Counted from the stretch's first letter, positions 44,371 to 54,506 are shown. The stretch: 64,000 nucleotides of DNA from Candidatus Omnitrophota bacterium (GCA_903944345.1 CAJARJ010000002.1:1969-65968), one strand, 5' to 3'. A program made the numbers and translations. The notes: generated by a model from the sequence alone, not told the origin.

Positions 44371-44769
44371 TTAAAACTGCCGCAAATAATCTTCCGCCGG
44401 TCGCTCGCCCTGTGGACGCGTATGCCAGTATGTGGACGCCGACGGATCAAAGCGACGCTCCAGATGATCTTTACGGATCAGCCGCAAGAAAAGAGCCACC
44501 GGCGTAAAAACCAGATAAAAGACCAGCGTCAGAATAATTGTGGTCACAACCGCCCCAATCCCGTGCGCCACCCGCATCCAGCCGCGGTAGCCCGGCCCCA
44601 AAGCCCGCGGACAAAAAATCGTAACCGGGAAAAAAACCGCCGCACAGGCCAGCAGCACCACCTGCGGCCAGCCCGGTCCGTGTTTGATAATCCCGCCCGC
44701 GGCAAAGACCAGGGCAATGACTCCCAGACCATACCCGAACACCAGAAGATCCCGCTGTCGCTTATTCAT
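44371..44769 (-). CDS. SxtJ-family membrane protein
   Basis: TM helices, WM..AHGIG, FYLVFTP, D.L, YW and terminal RQF. Confidence 0.85.
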   Translation of the reverse strand: MNKRQRDLLVFGYGLGVIALVFAAGGIIKHGPGWPQVVLLACAAVFFPVTIFCPRALGPGYRGWMRVAHGIGAVVTTIILTLVFYLVFTPVALFLRLIRKDHLERRFDPSASTYWHTRPQGERPAEDYLRQF

Positions 44770-44773
44770 ACGC

Positions 44774-46603
44774 CTAGTCCAGTTCCCGCACAATATCTTC
44801 TTTGCTATATTTATCCCGCTCGGGCTGCTCGCGTTTATCGAGGATACAATGGCCAAGCACCAGAAAATCCATATCCGTGCACATAAAACAGCGATAAGCA
44901 TCCTCAATGGTGCAGACAATCGGCTCGCCGCGAATATTAAATGACGTGTTGATTATCACCGGACAACCGGTCTTGCGCTCGAAAGCCTTGATGACATCAT
45001 AATATTCCCCGTTACGCTCACGAGTCACGGTCTGCACCCGTGCGGAATAATTCACGTGCGTAACGGCGGGAATCGTGGAACGGCAAACCTTGAGGCTGGA
45101 GAGACCACGCGGGCCGCTAAGACGGGAATGCGGATCAACCTGGGACTCCTGCACCGGACCGACCAGAAGCATATAGGGACTCGCACAGGGCAAAGACACA
45201 TATTCTGAGGCTCTCTCTTGCAGGATACTGGGAGCAAACGGGCGAAACGACTCGCGAAACTTGATGCGCACATTCATGAGTTCCTGCATTCTTTTCGAAC
45301 GCGCGTCGCCGATAATACTGCGCGCCCCCAAAGCGCGCGGACCAAACTCCATTCGGCCCTGCACAAACCCCACCACATTTTCCCGGGCCACCAGCTCAGC
45401 GACCTGGTCATAAAAATCCGTTCCCGCGAGTCTGCGATACGGCGCATGCCGAGACTGCAGAAAAGCCTCGACCTGGTCATCTTCGATACCCGGCCCCAGA
45501 TACGAGCCCAGCTGCGTATCATTAACTCCGTCGGCCTGACGCGGCTGTCCCATATAATGATGCCAGGCAACAAGCGCCGCCCCCAGCGACCCCCCGGCAT
45601 CTCCGGCTGCCGGCTGTATCCAGACCTGGTCAAAAATCTTCTCGCGCACAATCCGGCCGTTACCCACACAATTAAGCGCCACGCCTCCGGCCAGGCACAA
45701 ATTCTTCTCGCCGGTTACCTCCCGCACATGCCGCGCGGTCCTGAGCATAATCTCTTCGGTCACTTCCTGGACAGAGCGGGCCATATCCATATAAAACTGC
45801 TCAAGCGGAGCCTCGGGCCGGCGCACGGGACGGCCAAACAAACGGTTAAACCGCGGGCCGGTCATGGTCAGCCCGGCGCAATAATCAAAATAGCGCATAT
45901 TAAGACGAAATGATCCGTCCGCCTTGATATCCACCAGTTCCCGCCGGATAAGATCGGCATAACGCGGCTCACCGTAAGGGGCCAGCCCCATCAGTTTGTA
46001 CTCGCCGGAATTAACCCGAAAGCCGCAATAATAAGTAAAAGCAGAATAAAGCAATCCCAAGGAATGGGGAAAACGCAATTCGCTCTCGAGGCGAAAGCGG
46101 CCACCGTTGCCGCGGCCAAAACTGGTTGTGGCCCACTCCCCGACACCATCCATGGTCAGAATGGCAGCTGAAGCAAAGGGCGAAGGAAAAAACGCGGAAG
46201 CCGCATGCGCCTCGTGATGCTCGCAGAAAAGAATTTCACCGCCAAAACCTGCCAGCTCTGCGGACAAGACATCCTTGAGGAACATCTTTTCCTTGAGCCA
46301 GACCGGCATGGCTTTAAGAAAGGAACCCAGCCCGGCGGGCGCGTAATTCAGATACGTCAGAAGCAGACGTTCCAGTTTCAAAAACGGCTTTTCGTAAAAA
46401 GCGGCGAGCGCCACGTCCTTAAGAGTGATGCCTGCCTCACGCAGGCAGAAAGCCACTGATTCTGCCGGAAAGCGGGCATCGTGTTTGCGACGGGTAAAAC
46501 GCTCTTCCTGGGCGGCCGCGACCAGCTGGCCATCCTTAAGAAGGGCGGCGGCACTGTCATGATAATAGGCCGAAAGACCGAGAATATACACCGGTTTGTT
46601 CAT
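44774..46603 (-). CDS. O-carbamoyltransferase (NodU/CmcH/SxtI family)
   Basis: YYHDSAA, EERFTR.KHD, HHEAHAASAF, EYKLMGLAPYG, EFGPRALG, FRPFAP and NTSFN motifs. Confidence 0.95.
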   Translation of the reverse strand: MNKPVYILGLSAYYHDSAAALLKDGQLVAAAQEERFTRRKHDARFPAESVAFCLREAGITLKDVALAAFYEKPFLKLERLLLTYLNYAPAGLGSFLKAMPVWLKEKMFLKDVLSAELAGFGGEILFCEHHEAHAASAFFPSPFASAAILTMDGVGEWATTSFGRGNGGRFRLESELRFPHSLGLLYSAFTYYCGFRVNSGEYKLMGLAPYGEPRYADLIRRELVDIKADGSFRLNMRYFDYCAGLTMTGPRFNRLFGRPVRRPEAPLEQFYMDMARSVQEVTEEIMLRTARHVREVTGEKNLCLAGGVALNCVGNGRIVREKIFDQVWIQPAAGDAGGSLGAALVAWHHYMGQPRQADGVNDTQLGSYLGPGIEDDQVEAFLQSRHAPYRRLAGTDFYDQVAELVARENVVGFVQGRMEFGPRALGARSIIGDARSKRMQELMNVRIKFRESFRPFAPSILQERASEYVSLPCASPYMLLVGPVQESQVDPHSRLSGPRGLSSLKVCRSTIPAVTHVNYSARVQTVTRERNGEYYDVIKAFERKTGCPVIINTSFNIRGEPIVCTIEDAYRCFMCTDMDFLVLGHCILDKREQPERDKYSKEDIVRELD

Positions 46604-46635
46604 GATGCCCCGTAATCCCGTTTTGCAAAGAAAGG

Positions 46636-48432
46636 TCACTGGTTAAAATGAAAACTCGCCAGCTTCGCGTACAACGGCGAAGAATTCAGCAGCTGGTCAT
46701 GGGTGCCTTTCTGCACAATGGCCCCTTTGTCCATAACCAGAATACAGTCCGAATGCCGGATCGTTGAAAGGCGATGCGCGATCACAATGACCGTGCGGTT
46801 ACGCATCAGGTTATCCAGAGCCTGTTGCACCAGATGCTCCGACTCGGCATCCAGCGCGGAGGTCGCTTCGTCCAGCAGAAGAATGCGAGGATCACGTAAA
46901 ATGGCACGCGCAATGCACAGCCGCTGTTTTTGCCCGCCGGAAAGCTTGAAGCCGCGATCGCCGACAACCGTATCGAGTCCCTGCGGCATCTTGTCAATAA
47001 ACTCCAGCGCCAGCGCCTGCCGCGCTGCTTCCCGGATTTCCTCGTCGGTGGCGTCTAGCTTGCCGTACAACAGATTGCCGCGAATCGTATCATTAAACAG
47101 AATCATGTCCTGCGTAACCAGCGCCACATGCGCCCGCAGCGAAGCCAGAGTAACTTTCCTGATATCCTGGCTGTCAAAAGAAACCAAACCCGAGTCCGGG
47201 TCATAAAAACGCAGGATCATGTTCATAAGTGTTGTCTTGCCGCAGCCGGTCGGCCCAACCAGCGCCGTGGTCTGCCCGACCATAAAATCATGGGAGACCC
47301 CGTTAATGGTCCAGGCTGACTCGCCCTTGTTGTAACGAAAACGAACATTGGCAAAACTGATCTGTTTTACCGGCGCCAGACATGCAGCAGCGGCGGCGTC
47401 TTCGGTGATCGCGGACTTCCAGTCAAGAATATCGTACAATCTTTTGGATGAAGCCAGCGCCTGCTGGTTGGTCCCGTAAACTTCCGCCAGTTTCTTGATC
47501 GGACGCTGAATGCTGATGACCGATGAAAGAAACAGGGCAAAAACTCCGAAGGACATCTGCCCTTCCATAACATAACGCCCGCCCATCCAGAACACCGCCA
47601 CAACAGCCAGCGCCGCGAGCAGTTCGGTCACCGGGGATAAAACAAGATTGCGGCGGATCCCCTTGATCGTGGCGCGATACAGTTTACGGTTGGCCTGTTC
47701 AAAGCGGCCGATCTCGTGTTCTTCCCGGCCGAATGCCTTGACAATGGCTACTCCCTGGTTGCTCTCGGCAATCACCGAATTAAGGTCCGCCATGGATTCC
47801 TGCGACTGCAAAGACTGCTTCTTGATCGTTTTGCCAATCACATGAATAAGCAAACCGTTAATCGGAAAAATCACTGCGATCACCAGCACCATCTTCCAGC
47901 TGATCGTCAGGGCGATCCCGGCAAAAAGAATCGCCAGCAGAAACTGGTAAACCAGATCGGTCATCCCGTAGGAGATCGCATGCCCGACAAAACTGGTATC
48001 ATGGGTGATACGGCTCATCAGTTCGCCCTGACGCTTTTCGCTATAAAAGTCCAGCGACAATTCCTGGTACTTGCGAAACAGATCGCCGCGCACATCCATC
48101 ACCGTACGCTGCGCCAGCGTATTCATAAACAATCCGCGCAGGTAAACCGCCCCGCCTTTCAAGACATAAAACAGGGGAATAAAAAAGATTATTCCGTAAA
48201 ACAGCGTATAACGGTCAAGCTGGTTGAACTTCTCTGCCAGCTGAACCAGCGCAACGGGCAAACCCTGGGGCAAAATAACCGGCTTGTTGGTAAAAATCCG
48301 GTCTGCAAGCGGAACAATGGCACCAAACTGCAGGCCTTCAAAAAGCGCACAGGCAAACATGGAAAAAATCCCGCCGGCCAGATAATGCACGTTCCGGCGG
48401 GCCAAATGGATCATCCGCAAATATTCTTTCAA
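46636..48432 (-). CDS. msbA: MsbA-like ABC transporter (TMD plus ATPase)
   Basis: TM region, GPTGCGKT, LSGGQKQR, LLDEATSALD and IAHRLST; TTG start overlaps the upstream stop. Confidence 0.8.
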   Translation of the reverse strand: MKEYLRMIHLARRNVHYLAGGIFSMFACALFEGLQFGAIVPLADRIFTNKPVILPQGLPVALVQLAEKFNQLDRYTLFYGIIFFIPLFYVLKGGAVYLRGLFMNTLAQRTVMDVRGDLFRKYQELSLDFYSEKRQGELMSRITHDTSFVGHAISYGMTDLVYQFLLAILFAGIALTISWKMVLVIAVIFPINGLLIHVIGKTIKKQSLQSQESMADLNSVIAESNQGVAIVKAFGREEHEIGRFEQANRKLYRATIKGIRRNLVLSPVTELLAALAVVAVFWMGGRYVMEGQMSFGVFALFLSSVISIQRPIKKLAEVYGTNQQALASSKRLYDILDWKSAITEDAAAAACLAPVKQISFANVRFRYNKGESAWTINGVSHDFMVGQTTALVGPTGCGKTTLMNMILRFYDPDSGLVSFDSQDIRKVTLASLRAHVALVTQDMILFNDTIRGNLLYGKLDATDEEIREAARQALALEFIDKMPQGLDTVVGDRGFKLSGGQKQRLCIARAILRDPRILLLDEATSALDAESEHLVQQALDNLMRNRTVIVIAHRLSTIRHSDCILVMDKGAIVQKGTHDQLLNSSPLYAKLASFHFNQ

Positions 48433-49598
48433 ACCGTCAGTCCTTTCCGACGCAAATATGCCTCGACAACCTCCGCCGCATAATCCAGCTGGCTGATTTC
48501 TATGTCCTGATGAATGCCGATATGCGTGCCCTGGTCGCTGCAGTATTCGGCCTGAGGAAAATCCCCGATACGATGCCCCAAAAAAGCATAGCTCGGGCAC
48601 TGGGTAGGCATGGAATAAAACAGATTGCGTGAATCGACCCCCTGGCTTTCAATATAAGACACAAACTCGTCTTTCCCGAAAGGCAGCCCTTCCCGCAGGA
48701 TAATGGAAAAAGCATGGGGCCCGAGTTTTTCGTGCGCCTCTTCTTTGAGGGTAATAAAATACCGGTCAAGGCGGCGAAAACGGTCAATCAGATACAACAT
48801 GTTACGCCGGCGCGTCTCAAGGATCTGCCCGAATATATCCAGATTCCCCAGACCAACCGCCGCTTCAAGTTCGTTCATCTTGGAAGAAAACCCGATCCGG
48901 GAAAACGTAAACTTTCCGGTCATACCGTGATTGCGCAAAGAGCGCAGCGCCTCGGCTGTCTGCCCGCAATTAGTCAGGATCATTCCGCCTTCAATGGTCG
49001 TCACGATGTGCGCGGCATACAGGCTGAAACAGGACATGTCCCCGATCGCCCCGATCTTGCGCCCCTTGTACTCGGCCCCGTGCGCTTCGGCGGCATCCTC
49101 GATGATCCTGAGGTTGTGCCGACGGGCAATGGCACAGATCTCGTCCATAGCCGCCGGCTTGCCCATAAGATGCACCGGCATGATCGCCCGGGTGCGCGGC
49201 GTGATCTTCTCCTCGATAAGGGCGGGATCAATATTGAGCGAGTCTCTCTGGACATCCACAAAAACCGGGGTCAGTCCGGCCTGGAAGACCGCATTCCCCG
49301 TGGCCACAAAAGACAAGGCCGGCACAATGACTTCATCTCCACGACGGGCACCAAAATCATACAAGGCAGCACAGGCCAGGGCGTCCGCATCCGTTCCGCT
49401 GGAAACCGCCACACCATGCTTCATGCCGAACAGAGCGGCAAAACGCTCCTCAAATTCGTGCACATACTTGCCCTTGGTCACCCATTTGCTGTCCAGCGCT
49501 TCATTAATCAGCTGACGGGCTCGGGGGGTAATTGACACCGTCCCGAAAGGAACCTTGTATCCGGCTTTTTTTGACTCTTGCCCCGCGGCGAACTTCAT
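48429..49598 (-). CDS. DegT-fold PLP enzyme with His at the Schiff-base position (ColD/RfbH-like 3-dehydratase)
   Basis: EDAAEAHG and FSLYAAHIVTTIEGG (His where aminotransferases have Lys). Confidence 0.8.
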   Translation of the reverse strand: MKFAAGQESKKAGYKVPFGTVSITPRARQLINEALDSKWVTKGKYVHEFEERFAALFGMKHGVAVSSGTDADALACAALYDFGARRGDEVIVPALSFVATGNAVFQAGLTPVFVDVQRDSLNIDPALIEEKITPRTRAIMPVHLMGKPAAMDEICAIARRHNLRIIEDAAEAHGAEYKGRKIGAIGDMSCFSLYAAHIVTTIEGGMILTNCGQTAEALRSLRNHGMTGKFTFSRIGFSSKMNELEAAVGLGNLDIFGQILETRRRNMLYLIDRFRRLDRYFITLKEEAHEKLGPHAFSIILREGLPFGKDEFVSYIESQGVDSRNLFYSMPTQCPSYAFLGHRIGDFPQAEYCSDQGTHIGIHQDIEISQLDYAAEVVEAYLRRKGLTV

Positions 49599-49629
49599 GC
49601 AAATTCTCCTTGTCTGCCAACCAACAGCC

Positions 49630-50355
49630 TCAAGCGGCTGGCTCAAGCATCTCGTTTAAATGTTTCTTCGCCCATTCAAAGCGTTCGGGCGTGCCAATAT
49701 CAATAAAGGGCGCATCGGTCTTGTAAGCAAAGAAACCCTGGCCGATCAGTTTCGGAAACACATCATATTCAATCGAAAATTTTCCGGCCGCAGGCATCTG
49801 ATCAAACAGGTTCCTGTGAAAGCAGTAAATGCCCGCACTGATATACTGTGTTTCCCGTGTCTCGAACTTTTCACGAAACGCGGTAATTTCCTCTTTATCA
49901 TTGATTTGCAGCGTTCCGAAATCCTTGTTGCCCTCGACACGCACCCCCACCAGGGACGCCTGGGCCTTGCGGCTGCGATGAAAGTCCAGCAGCGCCCTGT
50001 ATTGCAATGGTGTAAAACAGTCGCCGTTAAGCCCGAAACATATTTCGTTACGGACAAGCGCCCGGGCATTCTTGAATGCCCCGCCGGTTCCAAGCGGTTC
50101 GGTTTCAATTGAGAAATCCAGCTCGACTGACGGAAACTTGTTCTTGTAATGGCTGATCAGCGTTTCTGCCTTGTACCCGGCGCACAAAATAATCCGGCGC
50201 GCGCCCTGACGCGCCAGATAACGGATCAGGAAATCAAGAAACGGCTCGCCCTGAATCTCGGCCATGACTTTGGGCGTTTCGCCTGTCACGGCACGCAGCC
50301 TGGTACCAAGCCCTCCGCAAAGAATCAGAAAATCCGCAGCAATCGCTTCATTCAT
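49630..50355 (-). CDS. Sugar-1-phosphate nucleotidyltransferase (HddC-like)
   Basis: GGLGTRLR, PKVMA, EPLGTGG, NGD and FIDIGTPE motifs; next to an HddA-like kinase. Confidence 0.85.
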   Translation of the reverse strand: MNEAIAADFLILCGGLGTRLRAVTGETPKVMAEIQGEPFLDFLIRYLARQGARRIILCAGYKAETLISHYKNKFPSVELDFSIETEPLGTGGAFKNARALVRNEICFGLNGDCFTPLQYRALLDFHRSRKAQASLVGVRVEGNKDFGTLQINDKEEITAFREKFETRETQYISAGIYCFHRNLFDQMPAAGKFSIEYDVFPKLIGQGFFAYKTDAPFIDIGTPERFEWAKKHLNEMLEPAA

Positions 50356-50368
50356 AACGTCTCACCTT

Positions 50369-51370
50369 TCACGCCACAACCCCGCTGTTGGGCTGATAGA
50401 AAATAATCTGACTCCCCAGGTTCTCGAACTTGAAAGGAATCTCGAGCAGCCCGGACAACGCCTGGCGCACCCATGGCTTGACTCCGGGTTCCGCGTAAAT
50501 CAGGATAAACCCGCCACCCCCGGCGCCCAGAATCTTTCCGCCCGCCGCCCCTGCCTTGCGTGCCCGCTCGTAGATTGTGTCGATCTCGGGTGTCGTAATC
50601 TTTTCGGACAGCGAACGCTTCAGCTCCCAGCTTTCGTGCAGAAGCCGTCCGAACAAAGGATAGTCCGCGGCACTGACTGCCTTGAGCGCTTCCTGCACCA
50701 GGCCGTACATCGTCGTCAACTCGGAGGTCCTGTTAGGAATATTGCGAATCTGGTGCACCGCGACTTCCGAAGCCATCCGCGAGAACCCGGTGAAAAAAAG
50801 CATCAGATGTTCCTGCAACCCGTCGGTAACCGTTTTGGGCGCGGTCACCTGACGCACCGCCGGCGTACCGTCATGGGAAAACTCAATATAATTCAGACCA
50901 CCGAAAGCCGCCAGCACCTGATCCTGACAGCCGACATTTTCCCTGATCATGCTCTGCTCGATATGAATGGCTTCCCGGGCGAGCTGCTCCTTGGTGGCCA
51001 TCGACCCGCGCAAGGCATAAAGCACGTTAAGCAAGCCTACAGTAAAAGAAGAGCTGGATCCCAGTCCGGCCCTGGCCGGGAGATCTCCGTCATGGTGGAT
51101 CTCCACGCCCTCCTGGATCTTGAGAAAACGCAAGGTCTCGCGTACGGACGGATGCTCAATCTCGTCAATCGACTGACGGACATGCTCCATCCGGGAATAA
51201 ATGATCCGCGAACGATGCTCGAAAAACGGCGGAAGATACCGGGCGGTGATATAACAGTATTTGTCAATTGTCGTGCCCAGAACTGCACCGGGGTGCTCCC
51301 TGAGCCAGGCAGGGTAATCGGTTCCTCCACCAAAAAAAGACACACGAAAAGGCGTCCGGCTGATAATCAT
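50369..51370 (-). CDS. hddA: GHMP kinase, D-glycero-alpha-D-manno-heptose-7-phosphate kinase-like
   Basis: RTPFRVSFFGGGTD, GLGSSS, GCQDQ and GKILGAGGGGF motifs. Confidence 0.85.
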   Translation of the reverse strand: MIISRTPFRVSFFGGGTDYPAWLREHPGAVLGTTIDKYCYITARYLPPFFEHRSRIIYSRMEHVRQSIDEIEHPSVRETLRFLKIQEGVEIHHDGDLPARAGLGSSSSFTVGLLNVLYALRGSMATKEQLAREAIHIEQSMIRENVGCQDQVLAAFGGLNYIEFSHDGTPAVRQVTAPKTVTDGLQEHLMLFFTGFSRMASEVAVHQIRNIPNRTSELTTMYGLVQEALKAVSAADYPLFGRLLHESWELKRSLSEKITTPEIDTIYERARKAGAAGGKILGAGGGGFILIYAEPGVKPWVRQALSGLLEIPFKFENLGSQIIFYQPNSGVVA

Positions 51371-51418
51371 GCAATTCTCTCTTTAACCCGGGCGCAGGAA
51401 CATTTTAGCCCGGCAAGG

Positions 51419-52351
51419 TTACACGTTGGAATACTGATTGCGCCGCAGGACCTGGTAAGCCTTGACCAGTTCCGCAATACCGTCGGACAAAGAAACATCC
51501 GGCTTGAACCCGGTTCGCTCAATCTTCTCGTTGGAAACGATATAATCACGCTTGTCGGGATCTTCCCCGACAGCCGCCTCAACAAAATAAAAATCCGGGA
51601 CATGCTTTTTAATGGCCTCACACAACTCCAGCTTGCTGATATTCGCGTCGCTCAGCCCGACATTATAGGCTTCACCTTTCATCGCAGAAAAATTCTCCAT
51701 TGCATGCATAAACGCCTTGGCCACGTCACGCACATGGATAAAATTGCGCTTGAAGTGCGCCTCAAACAACACGACAAAACGATCCTGAACCGCGCGATAC
51801 ACAAAATCATTCACCAGAAGATCAAGCCGCATGCGCGGACTGGCTCCAAAAGCCGTAGCCAGACGAAGGGTCACGCCATGCCCGCTGTCGAGCACAATTT
51901 TCTCGGCTTCACACTTGAGCCGGCCATAAACGGAGATCGGCCGCAGCGGCGTTTCTTCCGTACAAAACTTGCCCTGTTCCCCGATACCATAACCACTGTT
52001 GGTCGTGGGAAAAACTATTGGCTGCTGGCGGGACGACAACTCCGCAACAAGCCTGACCGCGTCAACCAGAATTGTCTGCGCCGAAAAAGGATCTTTGGCA
52101 CATAAAGGCGCTCCGGTCAGGCAGGCCAGCGGGAATATCGCATCAACCGCGGGAACCAGTCTGGACAAAACCGCGCGGTCACGGACATCGCCGCGAATCA
52201 GGGTCAAACGAGCATCATGGCAAATATCCAGTAACGGTGTCTGGCTGTACATAAAATTATCCAGCACCGTAACACTATGCCCTTCCTGCAAAAGCCGCGG
52301 CACCATGACCGCTCCAAGATATCCGGCTCCTCCGGTCACCAAAATTTTCAT
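51419..52351 (-). CDS. NAD-dependent sugar epimerase/dehydratase
   Basis: TGGAGYLG, YGRLK, RLATAFGASPRMRLDL and DKRDY motifs. Confidence 0.88.
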   Translation of the reverse strand: MKILVTGGAGYLGAVMVPRLLQEGHSVTVLDNFMYSQTPLLDICHDARLTLIRGDVRDRAVLSRLVPAVDAIFPLACLTGAPLCAKDPFSAQTILVDAVRLVAELSSRQQPIVFPTTNSGYGIGEQGKFCTEETPLRPISVYGRLKCEAEKIVLDSGHGVTLRLATAFGASPRMRLDLLVNDFVYRAVQDRFVVLFEAHFKRNFIHVRDVAKAFMHAMENFSAMKGEAYNVGLSDANISKLELCEAIKKHVPDFYFVEAAVGEDPDKRDYIVSNEKIERTGFKPDVSLSDGIAELVKAYQVLRRNQYSNV

Positions 52352-52446
52352 ATTTCCTCCAGGCTTCATCCATGAGCCGAGACAAGATCGGCCCCTACAC
52401 CCACATCACACCTAACCATCCCGCAAACCATCCGACCGAAAAAAAA

Positions 52447-53361
52447 TTATTCCGGATCCTGCGCAAACAATGCTGCAACTCCCTGCGCCAGCGAAATGCC
52501 CGGCCGCCAGCCAAGGGCATTGAGGCGAGAACTATCCAGCAGTTTTCGCGGCGCACCATCCGGCCTGGACGTGTCCCAGCAAATCCGTCCATTATAACCG
52601 GCACTGCCTGCCACCAAGCCGGCCAGTTCACGAATCGAAATATCTTCGCCCGCTCCGATATTAACCGGAGCGTCATCATCATAGCGTTCAAGCAGGAAAG
52701 CACAAGCGCTGGCAAGGTCGTCTGCGTGCATAAACTCACGCCGGGGACTCCCGCTGCCCCAAAGCGTAATTTCCGGCAAACCCTCCCGGACGGCCTGGCG
52801 CACCCGGCTGACCAGAGCCTCCAGCACATGGGACTCTTGCTGCCCCTCCCCTCCGGGACCGTAAACCGTGGCCGGAATCCCGACAATCGCATGAAACCCG
52901 TACTGCCGGCGGTAAGCCTGGCATAACACCATGCCGGCCGCCTTGGCCAAAGAATACGGCTCGGAGGTCTTTTCCATCGGACCGGAAAAAAGGTCATCTT
53001 CCTTCATCGGCTGGGAGCAATCTCTGGGATAAACGCAGGAGGCCGCAAGATAAAGCAACTTTTTAACTCCGTGCCGGAAAGAAGCATCAATAATATTGTT
53101 CTGCACCTGGAGATTTTCATACATGAATTCGGCCGGATACGCCTGGTTGGCCCCGATACCCCCCGAACGAACAGATGTCAGAATAACCCGTTCCACCGGA
53201 CAAGAACAAAAAAACGCCTCCACCGCTCCCCGATCCTGCACATTGAGCCCCACCCTCGCCGAGGAAATAACCCTCACCCCGGTCAATGAAAAATGAGCAA
53301 AAAGCTCCGCCTCCGTACAATCCCGATGCCCGACAATCAAAAGAACCGGATCATTTTTCAT
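52447..53361 (-). CDS. GDP-L-fucose synthase-like (Fcl/ColC) SDR with degenerate Gly motif
   Basis: GGIGAN, SCVYP, YSLAK, SHVL, WGSG.PRREF and DGAPRK motifs. Confidence 0.85.
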   Translation of the reverse strand: MKNDPVLLIVGHRDCTEAELFAHFSLTGVRVISSARVGLNVQDRGAVEAFFCSCPVERVILTSVRSGGIGANQAYPAEFMYENLQVQNNIIDASFRHGVKKLLYLAASCVYPRDCSQPMKEDDLFSGPMEKTSEPYSLAKAAGMVLCQAYRRQYGFHAIVGIPATVYGPGGEGQQESHVLEALVSRVRQAVREGLPEITLWGSGSPRREFMHADDLASACAFLLERYDDDAPVNIGAGEDISIRELAGLVAGSAGYNGRICWDTSRPDGAPRKLLDSSRLNALGWRPGISLAQGVAALFAQDPE

Positions 53362-53887
53362 TGTAAAAATTTCCCTCTTCGATGATCAGCGTCGAACGCC
53401 CGTCGCCGCGCAAATACGCACGCTCGTAAGCAGGAAAAATTTCTTGCGGTTCGTTAACCTCGACCACCTCGATCCAGTCAAACATCCGGCGAAACGCCTG
53501 GACAAAGTTGCCGACATGCTGGTGTCCGGGATGCACCGGTTTGAAAGGACCGGTAGCCACACGGATTATAATCTTGGCGGAAGCCTCGCCGCCGCTCATC
53601 GCCGAAAGCTTATCCACCATATTGGACATGTCCCCCAGGGCCAACAGCAAAAAGTTCTGCCTTGGATAAACTGACACCGGAACATATCCTTCCAGTGCCA
53701 GGCCCAGGGAAAACTGCATCTGGAAACTTTCATTAACCGGGAATTCCAAAGCACGGTCTTTGGGCACATCACGCAAAGTCTGATACATGAACGTTCCGGG
53801 CACCGCCGCTGTCTGCCCGATAAAAAGAGTATCCGGCTGCTCTGCCAGCCATTCCATGGTGCGTTTTAGTTCGTCAAAATATTTCAT
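53351..53887 (-). CDS. ThDP enzyme pyrimidine-binding subunit (short E1-beta-like)
   Basis: FIGQ, EFPVNE, GLALEG..PV and PGHQH; no C-terminal domain. Confidence 0.8.
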   Translation of the reverse strand: MKYFDELKRTMEWLAEQPDTLFIGQTAAVPGTFMYQTLRDVPKDRALEFPVNESFQMQFSLGLALEGYVPVSVYPRQNFLLLALGDMSNMVDKLSAMSGGEASAKIIIRVATGPFKPVHPGHQHVGNFVQAFRRMFDWIEVVEVNEPQEIFPAYERAYLRGDGRSTLIIEEGNFYNEK

Positions 53888-53888
53888 G

Positions 53889-54506
53889 TCAGAATTTGAT
53901 CAGTTTGCCCAGACCCGAGTGCGGCCAGGCATTGGTATAACGAAAATATTCGATCTTGCTTTCAAAACGGGTCCCCTTGAACCACGGATCGGCAGATCCC
54001 CAGGCCGCACGCGTGTCGGTCATGACACTCAGGCCATTGTCCGAAACCACAAAAACCGCCGGAAGATCGAAGTTACAAATATACTTGACCGCTTCATGAA
54101 AAATCCCGGTCTCGGCGGACATATCCCCGCAGAAAAGAAAAACCCGCCCGGCCTTACCCCTGCGCTTGAGGGCCCAGGCCGCACCGGCTGCGGTCCCCAT
54201 CAGGCTGCCGACAATCCCGGAACAGTAAACCTTGTACTGCGGAAAGATCAGGGCAATGCTATGCCCGTCAACAATCGACTGCTTGACCTGTTCGCGGGGA
54301 ACTCCCTTGAGCAGGCACAATTCATGCGAATCCCAAAAACCGAAAACATAATCGTCAGGGCCAATATCATATTTACGAAAAATCCGGATAAGCTCGTGTT
54401 CCCGCCCGGCCCGCAGATGCACCGGCGCGGCAATAAGCCCCTGGGCAAAAATTCCGGCTATTTCATTTTCAAAAGCCGTCAGGTCTTCCGGTTGATATTC
54501 CGTCAT
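53889..54506 (-). CDS. ThDP enzyme PP-binding subunit (short E1-alpha-like)
   Basis: PVHL, SGIVG and GDMSAETG...[10 protein letters not shown] (GDG...NN-type motif). Confidence 0.82.
   Translation of the reverse strand: MTEYQPEDLTAFENEIAGIFAQGLIAAPVHLRAGREHELIRIFRKYDIGPDDYVFGFWDSHELCLLKGVPREQVKQSIVDGHSIALIFPQYKVYCSGIVGSLMGTAAGAAWALKRRGKAGRVFLFCGDMSAETGIFHEAVKYICNFDLPAVFVVSDNGLSVMTDTRAAWGSADPWFKGTRFESKIEYFRYTNAWPHSGLGKLIKF

Noticed and set aside
44140-46603. Saxitoxin biosynthesis suggested by sxtI/J/K-like genes
   Set aside because: No sxtA, sxtG or other core genes are present; the trio is widespread and here sits in a glycan cluster.
50264-52105. 613-aa plus-strand ORF, and other long plus-strand ORFs such as 61286..62356, 25986..27020 and 55328..56305
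   Set aside because: They are antisense shadows of well-supported minus-strand genes and have no recognisable motifs.
53351-54506. Pyruvate dehydrogenase E1 alpha/beta
   Set aside because: Both subunits are far too short, there is no E2 or E3, and they are embedded among nucleotide-sugar genes.
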